From a virus: 40,131 nt of DNA. The stretch lies in the IMG/VR virus record IMGVR_UViG_3300045391_003787, positions 1 to 40,131 of that record; one strand, 5' to 3'. Below the pieces are notes generated by a model that made no database searches, was not told where the DNA came from, and saw nothing but the letters and a program-made list of their open reading frames with translations. Shown piece by piece: positions 32,845 through 40,131 of this stretch. A program made the position numbers and the translations under genes. The first letter of the stretch is position 1. The number at the start of each line of letters is the position of its first letter.

Positions 32845-32921
32845 ACAACTTAATATCTTCTTTGGGCTGGGCAGTCACCTGGTCAGCCCTCTAGAGGACA
32901 TTAACCTCTTAAATAACTCTT

Positions 32922-33635
32922 ATGCAGTTTAATTCTAATGCGGACAGCCAAGATATAGTCCACGAAGTCTTGAAAATTTGTGATACCAGCACGAACAGCT
33001 ATCCGGTGGTTGATATCACTCGTCGCTGTAACACCGCCTTGGATCGTTTCTGGTTTTTAGCCATGACCTCTAATGGGTTGTGGCAGGTTGATGATCTAAA
33101 TAACTCCACCACTCTGCCGATTGGCACGACTAACGTGGTTTCTGGGCAGTATGATTACTCCCTGGCCTCCGATGTACTATTGATTGAGAAGGTTTTATGC
33201 AAAGATGCTAATGGAAATTGGCAAGAACTCGAGCCAGTCGACGTAACTGACTCCAAAAACGAGTCTCGAAACATCTGGACTCGTCCTTCTAGCAACTCTG
33301 GCTCGCCAACTAAGTACGATTTGGTGGCTAATTCCTTGTTACTTGATCCAGTCCCTAACTATAACTCGACCAATGGCTTAAAAGTGGTCTTCCAACGAGG
33401 CCCAAGTTACTTCGATACTGATGACAATACTAAAACTCCAGGCATTCCGGTTATTTTCCATACTTATATCGCTCGCTATGCTGCTCTGCAGTTTTTGATA
33501 GAAAAAAGACTCCCGGCTGTGCAAGGAATCGCTCAATTAGTAGCGGAAGATGAAGCCGCTATCAAAGATTGGTACGCTTTTAGAAATAAAGCTACTCGTA
33601 CTCGCTTAACAGTGCGGCAAGAAAGTAATAGGTAA
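32922..33635 (+). CDS. Virion structural protein of unknown role (237 aa)
   Basis: ORF between the head and tail genes. An adaptor or connector role is only a positional guess. Confidence 0.6.
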   Translation: MQFNSNADSQDIVHEVLKICDTSTNSYPVVDITRRCNTALDRFWFLAMTSNGLWQVDDLNNSTTLPIGTTNVVSGQYDYSLASDVLLIEKVLCKDANGNWQELEPVDVTDSKNESRNIWTRPSSNSGSPTKYDLVANSLLLDPVPNYNSTNGLKVVFQRGPSYFDTDDNTKTPGIPVIFHTYIARYAALQFLIEKRLPAVQGIAQLVAEDEAAIKDWYAFRNKATRTRLTVRQESNR

Positions 33636-33636
33636 T

Positions 33637-36600
33637 ATGCGAATGGCCAAGAAGAACATTGGCCCATTCCTCGCTTTCAACAGGGTTTGGTTCGTAATCA
33701 ACCAAAAGCGATTACTCTGGTTACTTAACTCCAAGTTAACCCGGCGATGGTTCCGCCGGGTACTTTGCATTGATGAAACTTTAGACATTGAGGAGATCTT
33801 CCCCAATTCTTATAAGGTTCATTTGATTGGAAACGTCTATAAGCAAGATTTCAGAACTCACGCAAAATATGGGAAGCGTATTTATCTTGCCTTTAAACCT
33901 TTATGGTGGGTAATTCACTACTGGGATGAACTTTTTGCTGATAGATATGCTCCTGAATGGAGTTATGGATTTACTACTTTAACAGTATTTCCTGACCCCA
34001 ACGCAGAGACTACCTCTGTCGATGGTTCTACGACAAGAAGTACTGCCGAGGCATGGGCTACCAAACGAGCAGCGGCCGCATCTAACACCGCCCAAGATAG
34101 TGCTACTACTGCTTACTTTGCACGCCTCACTTCCAATGGAACCCCTCAGTGGACAAACATGGATAGGGGATTCTTTTTGTTTGATACTTCTGCATTAGGT
34201 GCAACAGCCATTGTCGCTAGTGCAACATTTTCTATTTCCGGCGATAGTGGTGGTACTACCTTAGATCAATATAGTCAGGATTATTGTTTAGTTAGTTCTT
34301 CTCCGGCATCTAATACAGTTATTTCTACTGGGGATTACGACCAAGTGGGATCAACAGATTTTATAACCCGCGTTTCTTGTGGGTCTTGGAATGATACGGC
34401 GTATAATGATCACGCTTTAAATTCAAGTGGTATCGCAGCGATTTCGTTGACGGGTGTAACTAAGTTTGGAACTCGTCTTTCTGGAGATTTAGATAATGTA
34501 GAACCTAGTATTGGCGCTGGTGGGTTGAACTCTCGTGTAAGGTGTATTTTTGCAGACAACGCAGGAACAGCTAGTGATCCTAAGTTGGTAATTACTTATA
34601 CGTTGTCGTCTACCTCTCCTTCCGTCTCACCGTCTGTTAGCGTAAGTCCGTCTGTTTCCGTATCCCCATCCGTTTCAGTTTCTCCTAGCTCGTCTCTATC
34701 GCCCTCGGTTTCTCCGAGTGTGTCACCCAGTGTCTCAGTCTCCCCCTCGATAAGTGTGTCACCCAGTGTCAGTACCAGTCCATCAATTTCCGTTTCACCT
34801 AGCAGTTCTTTATCGCCGTCTGTTTCCCCTAGTAGCTCGGCTAGCCCGTCGGTGTCGCCTTCCGTTAGTGTATCGCCTAGCGTATCAAAGTCACCATCCA
34901 TATCACCCTCCATTTCCCCATCAGTGTCAGTAAGTCCATCAATTTCCGTTAGCCCCTCGGTATCAGTTTCACCTAGTATCTCTGTTTCACCTTCAGTTTC
35001 CGTTTCACCATCTAGTAGTCTATCTCCCTCCATCAGCCCGTCTGTTTCCCCAAGTGCAAGTGTATCTCCATCTGTCTCGGTATCCCCGTCAAGTTCTTTA
35101 TCACCATCTATCTCACCATCGGTATCACCCAGCGTTTCAGTATCACCTTCTGCTTCTGTTAGTCCTAGTAGCTCTTTAAGTCCCTCAATCAGTCCAAGTA
35201 TCTCACCATCAGTAAGTGTTAGCCCGTCTGTTTCCGTTTCACCATCTTCATCACTCTCACCATCTGTAAGCCCCTCGGTATCCCCTTCCGTCAGTGTTTC
35301 ACCGAGTGTCAGTGTTTCACCTTCTTCCTCTCTATCGCCATCCATCAGTCCGTCTGTCTCTCCTTCGGTATCTACTAGCCCATCAATTTCCGTTAGCCCC
35401 TCATCTTCTTTATCTCCATCAATATCACCTAGCGTTAGTCCGAGCGTTTCTGTGTCTCCGAGTGTTAGTGTTAGTCCATCCTCGAGTTTATCGCCAAGTG
35501 TTTCACCATCGGTCTCTCCCTCAGTATCAACTTCTCCAAGTGTTAGCGTCTCACCGTCGTCTTCACTTTCTCCATCAATAAGTCCGTCGGTGTCACCGTC
35601 GGTATCGGTCAGTCCATCAGTCTCAGTTAGCCCCTCTTCAAGTTTATCACCGAGCATATCGCCCTCCATCAGTCCATCCGTTTCGGTATCTCCATCGACC
35701 TCGGTGAGTCCATCTGTAAGTGTATCTCCATCGGTTTCTACTTCTCCATCAGTCTCAGTCTCCCCCAGCGTTTCCGTATCACCATCCTCTTCATTATCTC
35801 CCTCGATCTCACCGTCGGTTTCCCCGAGTGCTAGTACATCACCTAGTGCTTCTGTTTCTCCTTCTGAAAGTGTCTCTCCCAGCTCCTCGCTTAGTCCGAG
35901 TATTTCGCCCTCTGTATCACCCTCGGTTAGTACCTCACCTTCTGTTTCAGTCTCACCTTCTGTTAGTGTATCGCCAAGTTCTAGTTTGTCCCCTAGCATT
36001 TCTCCTAGTGTAAGCCCTTCTGTTTCTACAAGCCCAAGCGTCTCCGTCAGCCCTTCGGTAAGCACTTCCCCCTCCTCATCATTATCACCGTCCATAAGTC
36101 CATCAGTATCGCCCTCAGTTTCAATCAGCCCATCGGTATCACCCTCTGTCTCCGCTAGTCCGTCAGTAAGTCCTTCATCGTCACTCTCACCTTCCATTTC
36201 GCCATCAGTAAGCCCCAGTGTTAGTGTTTCACCTAGTGCTTCAGTATCTCCCAGCGTCTCAACTTCGCCTTCCGTTAGTACCTCACCATCCGTGTCGACT
36301 AGTCCTTCCGTTTCACCTTCCGTTAGTGTTTCTCCGTCAGTTTCACCGTCAGTCAGTAAATCTCCCAGTATTAGTCCATCAGTGTCTCCTTCGGTGTCGG
36401 TATCACCTAGTGTTTCCGTCTCTCCCTCTGTTAGCGTCAGTCCATCCGTTAGTCCGTCGGCCTCTCGGAGTCCCTCAGCTTCGCCTTCTTTCTCACCATC
36501 CAAGAGTCCAAGTATCTCCCCGTCCTTCTCGCCCTCTAGGAGTCCGTCGGTCTCCGTTTCTCCATCCGTCTCTACTAGTCCGACACCCTCATCTTCGGTT

Positions 36601-37032
36601 TCGCCTAGCATCAGTGTCTCCCCATCTATTTCGGTATCACCTAGTTCCTCTCCTTCACCCTCTCCAGGTGGGCATAATTGGACAAATCAAGACCAAAACC
36701 ACAGTTCGTGGACCAATCAAGATAAGAATTCAAGTAGTTGGACTAATCAGGATAAAGTAACAAGTACCTGGGAGAATCAGAGTAAAGTAACCAGTAACTG
36801 GGAGAATCAAGATAAGAATTCGAGTGCCTGGAGTAACCAAGTAAAGGTTGTTAGTACTTGGGAGAATCAGGATAAAATGGCAAGTTCGTGGACTAATCAG
36901 GATAAAAACTCGTCTAATTGGTCAAATCAGAGTAAAATTACTAGTAGTTGGTCTAATCAAAGCAAGAATCCAAGTACCTGGGAGAATCAAGATAAGGACC
37001 CTAGCACTTGGGATAACCAGGATAAAAGTTAA
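33637..37032 (+). CDS. Very large virion surface or fibre protein: N-terminal globular domain of about 320 aa, (Ser-X)n tract of about 690 aa, then about 12 Trp-containing decapeptide repeats
   Basis: 1131-aa ORF. The repeat organisation was read directly from the translation. Confidence 0.8.
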   Translation: MRMAKKNIGPFLAFNRVWFVINQKRLLWLLNSKLTRRWFRRVLCIDETLDIEEIFPNSYKVHLIGNVYKQDFRTHAKYGKRIYLAFKPLWWVIHYWDELFADRYAPEWSYGFTTLTVFPDPNAETTSVDGSTTRSTAEAWATKRAAAASNTAQDSATTAYFARLTSNGTPQWTNMDRGFFLFDTSALGATAIVASATFSISGDSGGTTLDQYSQDYCLVSSSPASNTVISTGDYDQVGSTDFITRVSCGSWNDTAYNDHALNSSGIAAISLTGVTKFGTRLSGDLDNVEPSIGAGGLNSRVRCIFADNAGTASDPKLVITYTLSSTSPSVSPSVSVSPSVSVSPSVSVSPSSSLSPSVSPSVSPSVSVSPSISVSPSVSTSPSISVSPSSSLSPSVSPSSSASPSVSPSVSVSPSVSKSPSISPSISPSVSVSPSISVSPSVSVSPSISVSPSVSVSPSSSLSPSISPSVSPSASVSPSVSVSPSSSLSPSISPSVSPSVSVSPSASVSPSSSLSPSISPSISPSVSVSPSVSVSPSSSLSPSVSPSVSPSVSVSPSVSVSPSSSLSPSISPSVSPSVSTSPSISVSPSSSLSPSISPSVSPSVSVSPSVSVSPSSSLSPSVSPSVSPSVSTSPSVSVSPSSSLSPSISPSVSPSVSVSPSVSVSPSSSLSPSISPSISPSVSVSPSTSVSPSVSVSPSVSTSPSVSVSPSVSVSPSSSLSPSISPSVSPSASTSPSASVSPSESVSPSSSLSPSISPSVSPSVSTSPSVSVSPSVSVSPSSSLSPSISPSVSPSVSTSPSVSVSPSVSTSPSSSLSPSISPSVSPSVSISPSVSPSVSASPSVSPSSSLSPSISPSVSPSVSVSPSASVSPSVSTSPSVSTSPSVSTSPSVSPSVSVSPSVSPSVSKSPSISPSVSPSVSVSPSVSVSPSVSVSPSVSPSASRSPSASPSFSPSKSPSISPSFSPSRSPSVSVSPSVSTSPTPSSSVSPSISVSPSISVSPSSSPSPSPGGHNWTNQDQNHSSWTNQDKNSSSWTNQDKVTSTWENQSKVTSNWENQDKNSSAWSNQVKVVSTWENQDKMASSWTNQDKNSSNWSNQSKITSSWSNQSKNPSTWENQDKDPSTWDNQDKS
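34606..36666 (+). repeat. Coding tract for alternating Ser-X repeats with a 26-residue super-repeat (SPSSSLSPS[IV]SPS[VI]SPSVS[VT]SPS[VIA]SV)
   Basis: The central part shows at least eight consecutive 26-aa units, each beginning SPSSSL. There is a single Thr-for-Ser exception near the end. Confidence 0.95.
36679..37029 (+). repeat. About 11.7 tandem 30-bp (10-aa) repeats, W-[TESD]-N-Q-[DSV]-K-x-x-S-x
   Basis: WTNQDQNHSS WTNQDKNSSS WTNQDKVTST WENQSKVTSN WENQDKNSSA WSNQVKVVST WENQDKMASS WTNQDKNSSN WSNQSKITSS WSNQSKNPST WENQDKDPST WDNQDKS. Confidence 0.95.
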
Positions 37033-37037
37033 TTTTT

Positions 37038-38504
37038 ATGCAAGCAAAAGATTTAGTTATTAATCAATGGTATAAGGGAATCGCTCAAAGCCCTCATGTG
37101 GGTTTTGGCAACATGACGAACCTAGATATCCGGAGCTTTCCCGGCGTTGTCAGGTTGAACTTTGCCCTAGAAAATAAAGGTAGTACGGTTGTGACCGACC
37201 ATATCCTCTGGCTAGTCAGAAATCGTGGTAATAACCATGAATTCTATGGCCTAGGCAGTAGCGGCAAAGTCTATACCTCAGCTGACGGGAGTTCGTGGAC
37301 CAACATCTCTGGAGTTGGGGCAGGGCAAGGACAGGGACTAGCAGTTTGGAAGAACTATCTATTCGTGGCTGCTGGTTCCACGGCGATTGATGTATATGGA
37401 CCCTTAAGTGGTTCTCCATCTTGGACGAATGGCTGGAAAACGGTGGATTCTGATTCTGCTGGACATCCCATGTTTATTAACAAAGACGACACTCTATATA
37501 TTGGGGCAGGTCAGTATCTAGCTAGTTTAGAAGAAAATTCTGGGCAGACATTTGCGCCTGGCACAGCAGCTTCCTATACCTGGATTTCTCAAGCCCTTGA
37601 TCTGCCAGCCGGGTATAGGATTCGGTGTTTAGAAGAATTAGGTAATAACTTAATGATTGGAACCTTTGTTGGAGCCAATACTTATGATTTTAGGATTGCT
37701 GATATCTTTCCTTGGAACGGAACCGACCCTTCTTTTGGTATCCCAATTCATCTAAATGAAACTGGGGTCAACGCCATGATTACAGTTAATAACCTACTTT
37801 ATGTCTTTGCTGGAAATGGTGGGCGGATTTATGTAACTAACGGGACGACGGCTACCCAGATTGGTAATATCCCTAAATACATCGCTAACACCGAGGGTGG
37901 AGCACAAATTTATACTTTACCTGGGGCTGTCATGAATCATGCCGGACGCATTTATTTCGGACTGTCTACTGCTAACAGCGTAGCGGGCATGGGAATTTGG
38001 AGCATTGATCCCAATCCAAGTGACGGGAATGTTTTAGTGCGAGAGCATTTAATCTCCACAGGCAACGAAGGAGCTACAAACGCTTTACAGGTAGGGGCTT
38101 TGATTTCCTATACTAACGAAGTTTTCTTTGCCAGTTGGATTGATAACTCTAGTTATGGAATTGATAAATTAAATAATAGTCTTAGAGTTACAAGCTATGG
38201 CGGTTACGCTGAAACTGCTTTATTTCCTGTCGGAACAAATTTAAACAAAGCGACTTTCCAACAAGGAGAGTTTAGTTTGTCTAGGCCACTGGCTACCGGA
38301 CAAGGAATTAGACTTAAGTACCGTAAGAACTTAACCGATAGTTTTACCACCATTGGAACGTGGATTTATTCACAACTCGGAGCCGTGGTTAGTCATAATT
38401 TCTTCACCGACATTTCTGATGCTGAATATTTACAAATTAGAGTGGAACTGACTACCGGAGAATTTAACGCTACCCCTGAGTTAAGAGAAATAAGATTACG
38501 GTAA
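37038..38504 (+). CDS. Tail or baseplate-associated structural protein (488 aa), possibly beta-propeller-like
   Basis: Long ORF between the giant repeat protein and the fibre genes. It has recurring G-x-hydrophobic strand-like motifs. The fold assignment is speculative. Confidence 0.6.
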   Translation: MQAKDLVINQWYKGIAQSPHVGFGNMTNLDIRSFPGVVRLNFALENKGSTVVTDHILWLVRNRGNNHEFYGLGSSGKVYTSADGSSWTNISGVGAGQGQGLAVWKNYLFVAAGSTAIDVYGPLSGSPSWTNGWKTVDSDSAGHPMFINKDDTLYIGAGQYLASLEENSGQTFAPGTAASYTWISQALDLPAGYRIRCLEELGNNLMIGTFVGANTYDFRIADIFPWNGTDPSFGIPIHLNETGVNAMITVNNLLYVFAGNGGRIYVTNGTTATQIGNIPKYIANTEGGAQIYTLPGAVMNHAGRIYFGLSTANSVAGMGIWSIDPNPSDGNVLVREHLISTGNEGATNALQVGALISYTNEVFFASWIDNSSYGIDKLNNSLRVTSYGGYAETALFPVGTNLNKATFQQGEFSLSRPLATGQGIRLKYRKNLTDSFTTIGTWIYSQLGAVVSHNFFTDISDAEYLQIRVELTTGEFNATPELREIRLR

Positions 38505-39568
38505 TGGAGTTTGATCCACAATATATCTCAACTCGGAAAGGGCAGGCCACTTCGCCTTTAGATGAACCGGTCATTCCTCACACGCATAATGGGATTGATA
38601 GCCCACTTTTAAGTGGTTCAGGTGGTGGTATACCGGCGGGAAGTGATAAGGATATTCAGTTTAACGACCAGGGGTACTTAGGTGGTGATGATAACTTCCA
38701 ATGGGATAAAACAACTAGAACTTTATCTATTGGTGATGCTAATTATGGAATAGGAATTATTCAGGGTCCAAATGCTTCAGTAAATTCAGGGGATAACGGT
38801 ACAGATGTAGATATTATTGCGGGTAATGGTTCGACAGGAACGAGCACCGGAGATGGTGGGGTAGTTTTGTTGCAAGGGGGGCAAGGGGATGCGGGTGGAG
38901 ACGTTGAACTAGATGCAGGAGTGGGTCTAACCGATGATGGTGGCGAAGTGAAAATATTCGGCGGTTCTACTTCTGCGACTAACGGCGGAAGGGGTGGGGG
39001 AGTAACGATTTATGCAGGAAATTCAGGACCTGGTACTGATGCGGAAGGTGGAAGGTTAGATATAGGAACAGGAAATGGGGATGGAAGTGCGAACGGAGGA
39101 GATTTAAGAATTGTTTTAGGGTCAGGAGGAAGCACTGCACAAAGACCAGGTTTTATACAAATTCTCTGTCAGCCTTATGGACAACAACCAGTTGAAAGAA
39201 TACAACAAGTAAATGCGATAAACACGACAGATGCTACACCAACTACATTACTTTCAATAGATACTAATAATTTTAGGGCTTATCATGTAGAAGCCAGGGT
39301 CATCGGTCATCGCACTGGTGGCAGCGCCGGTACAAACCACGATAGTGCGTCCTATTTAATAATAGGAACATTTAAGGCTACGAGTTTAACTACCGTATCT
39401 CAAGTTGGCTCGACCATGAATCTTTATAGTAATGAAGATCAAGTTGGGTGGGATGTTAATTTTGTAATATCTGCGGATAAAATATTAGTTCAAGTAACTG
39501 GAGCGGTTAATAATGATATTACTTGGACGGGTTGGGTCGAACATCAATTAAGCTATTTAACTAATTAG
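38504..39568 (+). CDS. Glycine-rich tail fibre protein
   Basis: The N-terminal motif DKDIQFNDQGYLGGDDNFQWDKTTRTLSIG is typical of phage fibre N-termini. It is followed by long G/D/T-rich stretches. Confidence 0.7.
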   Translation: MEFDPQYISTRKGQATSPLDEPVIPHTHNGIDSPLLSGSGGGIPAGSDKDIQFNDQGYLGGDDNFQWDKTTRTLSIGDANYGIGIIQGPNASVNSGDNGTDVDIIAGNGSTGTSTGDGGVVLLQGGQGDAGGDVELDAGVGLTDDGGEVKIFGGSTSATNGGRGGGVTIYAGNSGPGTDAEGGRLDIGTGNGDGSANGGDLRIVLGSGGSTAQRPGFIQILCQPYGQQPVERIQQVNAINTTDATPTTLLSIDTNNFRAYHVEARVIGHRTGGSAGTNHDSASYLIIGTFKATSLTTVSQVGSTMNLYSNEDQVGWDVNFVISADKILVQVTGAVNNDITWTGWVEHQLSYLTN

Positions 39569-39573
39569 TATTT

Positions 39574-40131
39574 ATGTCCATTTTCCATGCAGGTCTAAAA
39601 GGCATATTAAAGATAATGGCAAATTCTTCTAGCAAACAAGCAACTCTTGATGCCTCGGCAATCACTAATGATAGAACGTATACACTTCCTGATACAGCTG
39701 GAACATTAGTTCTGACATCGGATATTCCCGTTGTCACAGGAGATATTACAGCGGTTGGTGACGTCACTTCAGGAGCAGCTTTTGATGGCACCCAAGGCAA
39801 AACATTAACTTTATTAAAAGAGAATGAGGGTACAATTAAAGTTGGGAATTCCACTACGTCTAATACAATAGGTGGTAAGTTAGTAATTAGAGCTGGTGAT
39901 GGAAACGGGGCCGCCAATGGTGGGGATATTCAAATAAGCAGTGGATCCGGTGGAAGTACTAAAGATGCCGGAAGTATTATTTTATTAGGTGGAACCGGAG
40001 GATCTTCGGGGACAGGTGGCGATGGTTATGGTGGGGGCATTACTTTAATAGGTGGCACTAGTACTGTTGATGATGCGGGTGGTGGGGATATTAGCATTAC
40101 AGCAGGAACAACTACTGCCACTAATGGTTAC
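39574..40131 (+). CDS. Glycine-rich tail fibre protein, N-terminal part (continues at 1..411 across the genome junction)
   Basis: ATG at 39574, with the frame open to the window end and in phase with the frame-1 ORF at the window start. Confidence 0.8.
   Translation, partial: MSIFHAGLKGILKIMANSSSKQATLDASAITNDRTYTLPDTAGTLVLTSDIPVVTGDITAVGDVTSGAAFDGTQGKTLTLLKENEGTIKVGNSTTSNTIGGKLVIRAGDGNGAANGGDIQISSGSGGSTKDAGSIILLGGTGGSSGTGGDGYGGGITLIGGTSTVDDAGGGDISITAGTTTATNGY
40063..40131. repeat. Second copy of the 69-bp terminal repeat
   Basis: Identical to nt 1-69. Confidence 0.95.

Noticed and set aside
34596-36611. 671-aa antisense ORF opposite the Ser-X tract of the 1131-aa gene
   Set aside because: This is the same compositional artefact as above. 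The plus-strand ORF is continuous with unique N- and C-terminal domains.
1-40131. Possibility of an alternative genetic code (stop-codon reassignment), considered because of the unusual repeat proteins and the capsid start problem
   Set aside because: With the standard code, the ORFs are long and tightly packed and end at all three stop codons with sensible start-stop coupling. No gene appears interrupted by a recurrent in-frame stop.

Overview
This window is a complete, closed genome of about 40.06 kb from a tailed dsDNA phage. Nt 1-69 are repeated exactly at 40063-40131, and a 300-codon glycine-rich fibre gene reads in frame across that junction.

Layout:
- A long plus-strand packaging, morphogenesis and lysis module runs 25029 -> end -> 1 -> 16176. 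It holds small and large terminase, portal, scaffold, major capsid, two decoration-like paralogs, large tail/fibre proteins, putative internal proteins and an M23-peptidase lysis cassette.
- A convergent minus-strand block of small early genes runs 24319 -> 17593. It includes NinG-like, metallophosphoesterase, MT-A70 methyltransferase, YopX, HNH and 3D-domain proteins plus many Cys4 zinc-ribbon miniproteins.
- A GC-rich, compositionally foreign micro-operon of seven tiny translationally coupled genes runs 17565 -> 16441.

I found no tRNA, rRNA, CRISPR array, integrase or recognisable replication genes.

The most unusual content is an eight-gene glycosylation cassette (5693..11605) inside the virion module. 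It contains two polypeptide-GalNAc-transferase-like DxH glycosyltransferases, two further paralog families (2+3 copies) and a SAM O-methyltransferase. Three virion-module proteins nearby together carry about 1,300 residues of strictly alternating Ser-X repeats (SPSVSPSVSV...). I interpret this as a phage-encoded, mucin-like or serine-rich-repeat-like O-glycosylation system for virion surface proteins. That reading is inference from motifs and gene context only.

Other notable signals:
- A perfect consensus promoter is followed about 45 nt later by a terminator with a competing alternative hairpin and a roughly 370-nt untranslated leader ahead of the late genes.
- The motif TGGTATAAT occurs four times as an extended -10.
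- The major capsid ORF has no canonical start for its N-terminal extension.
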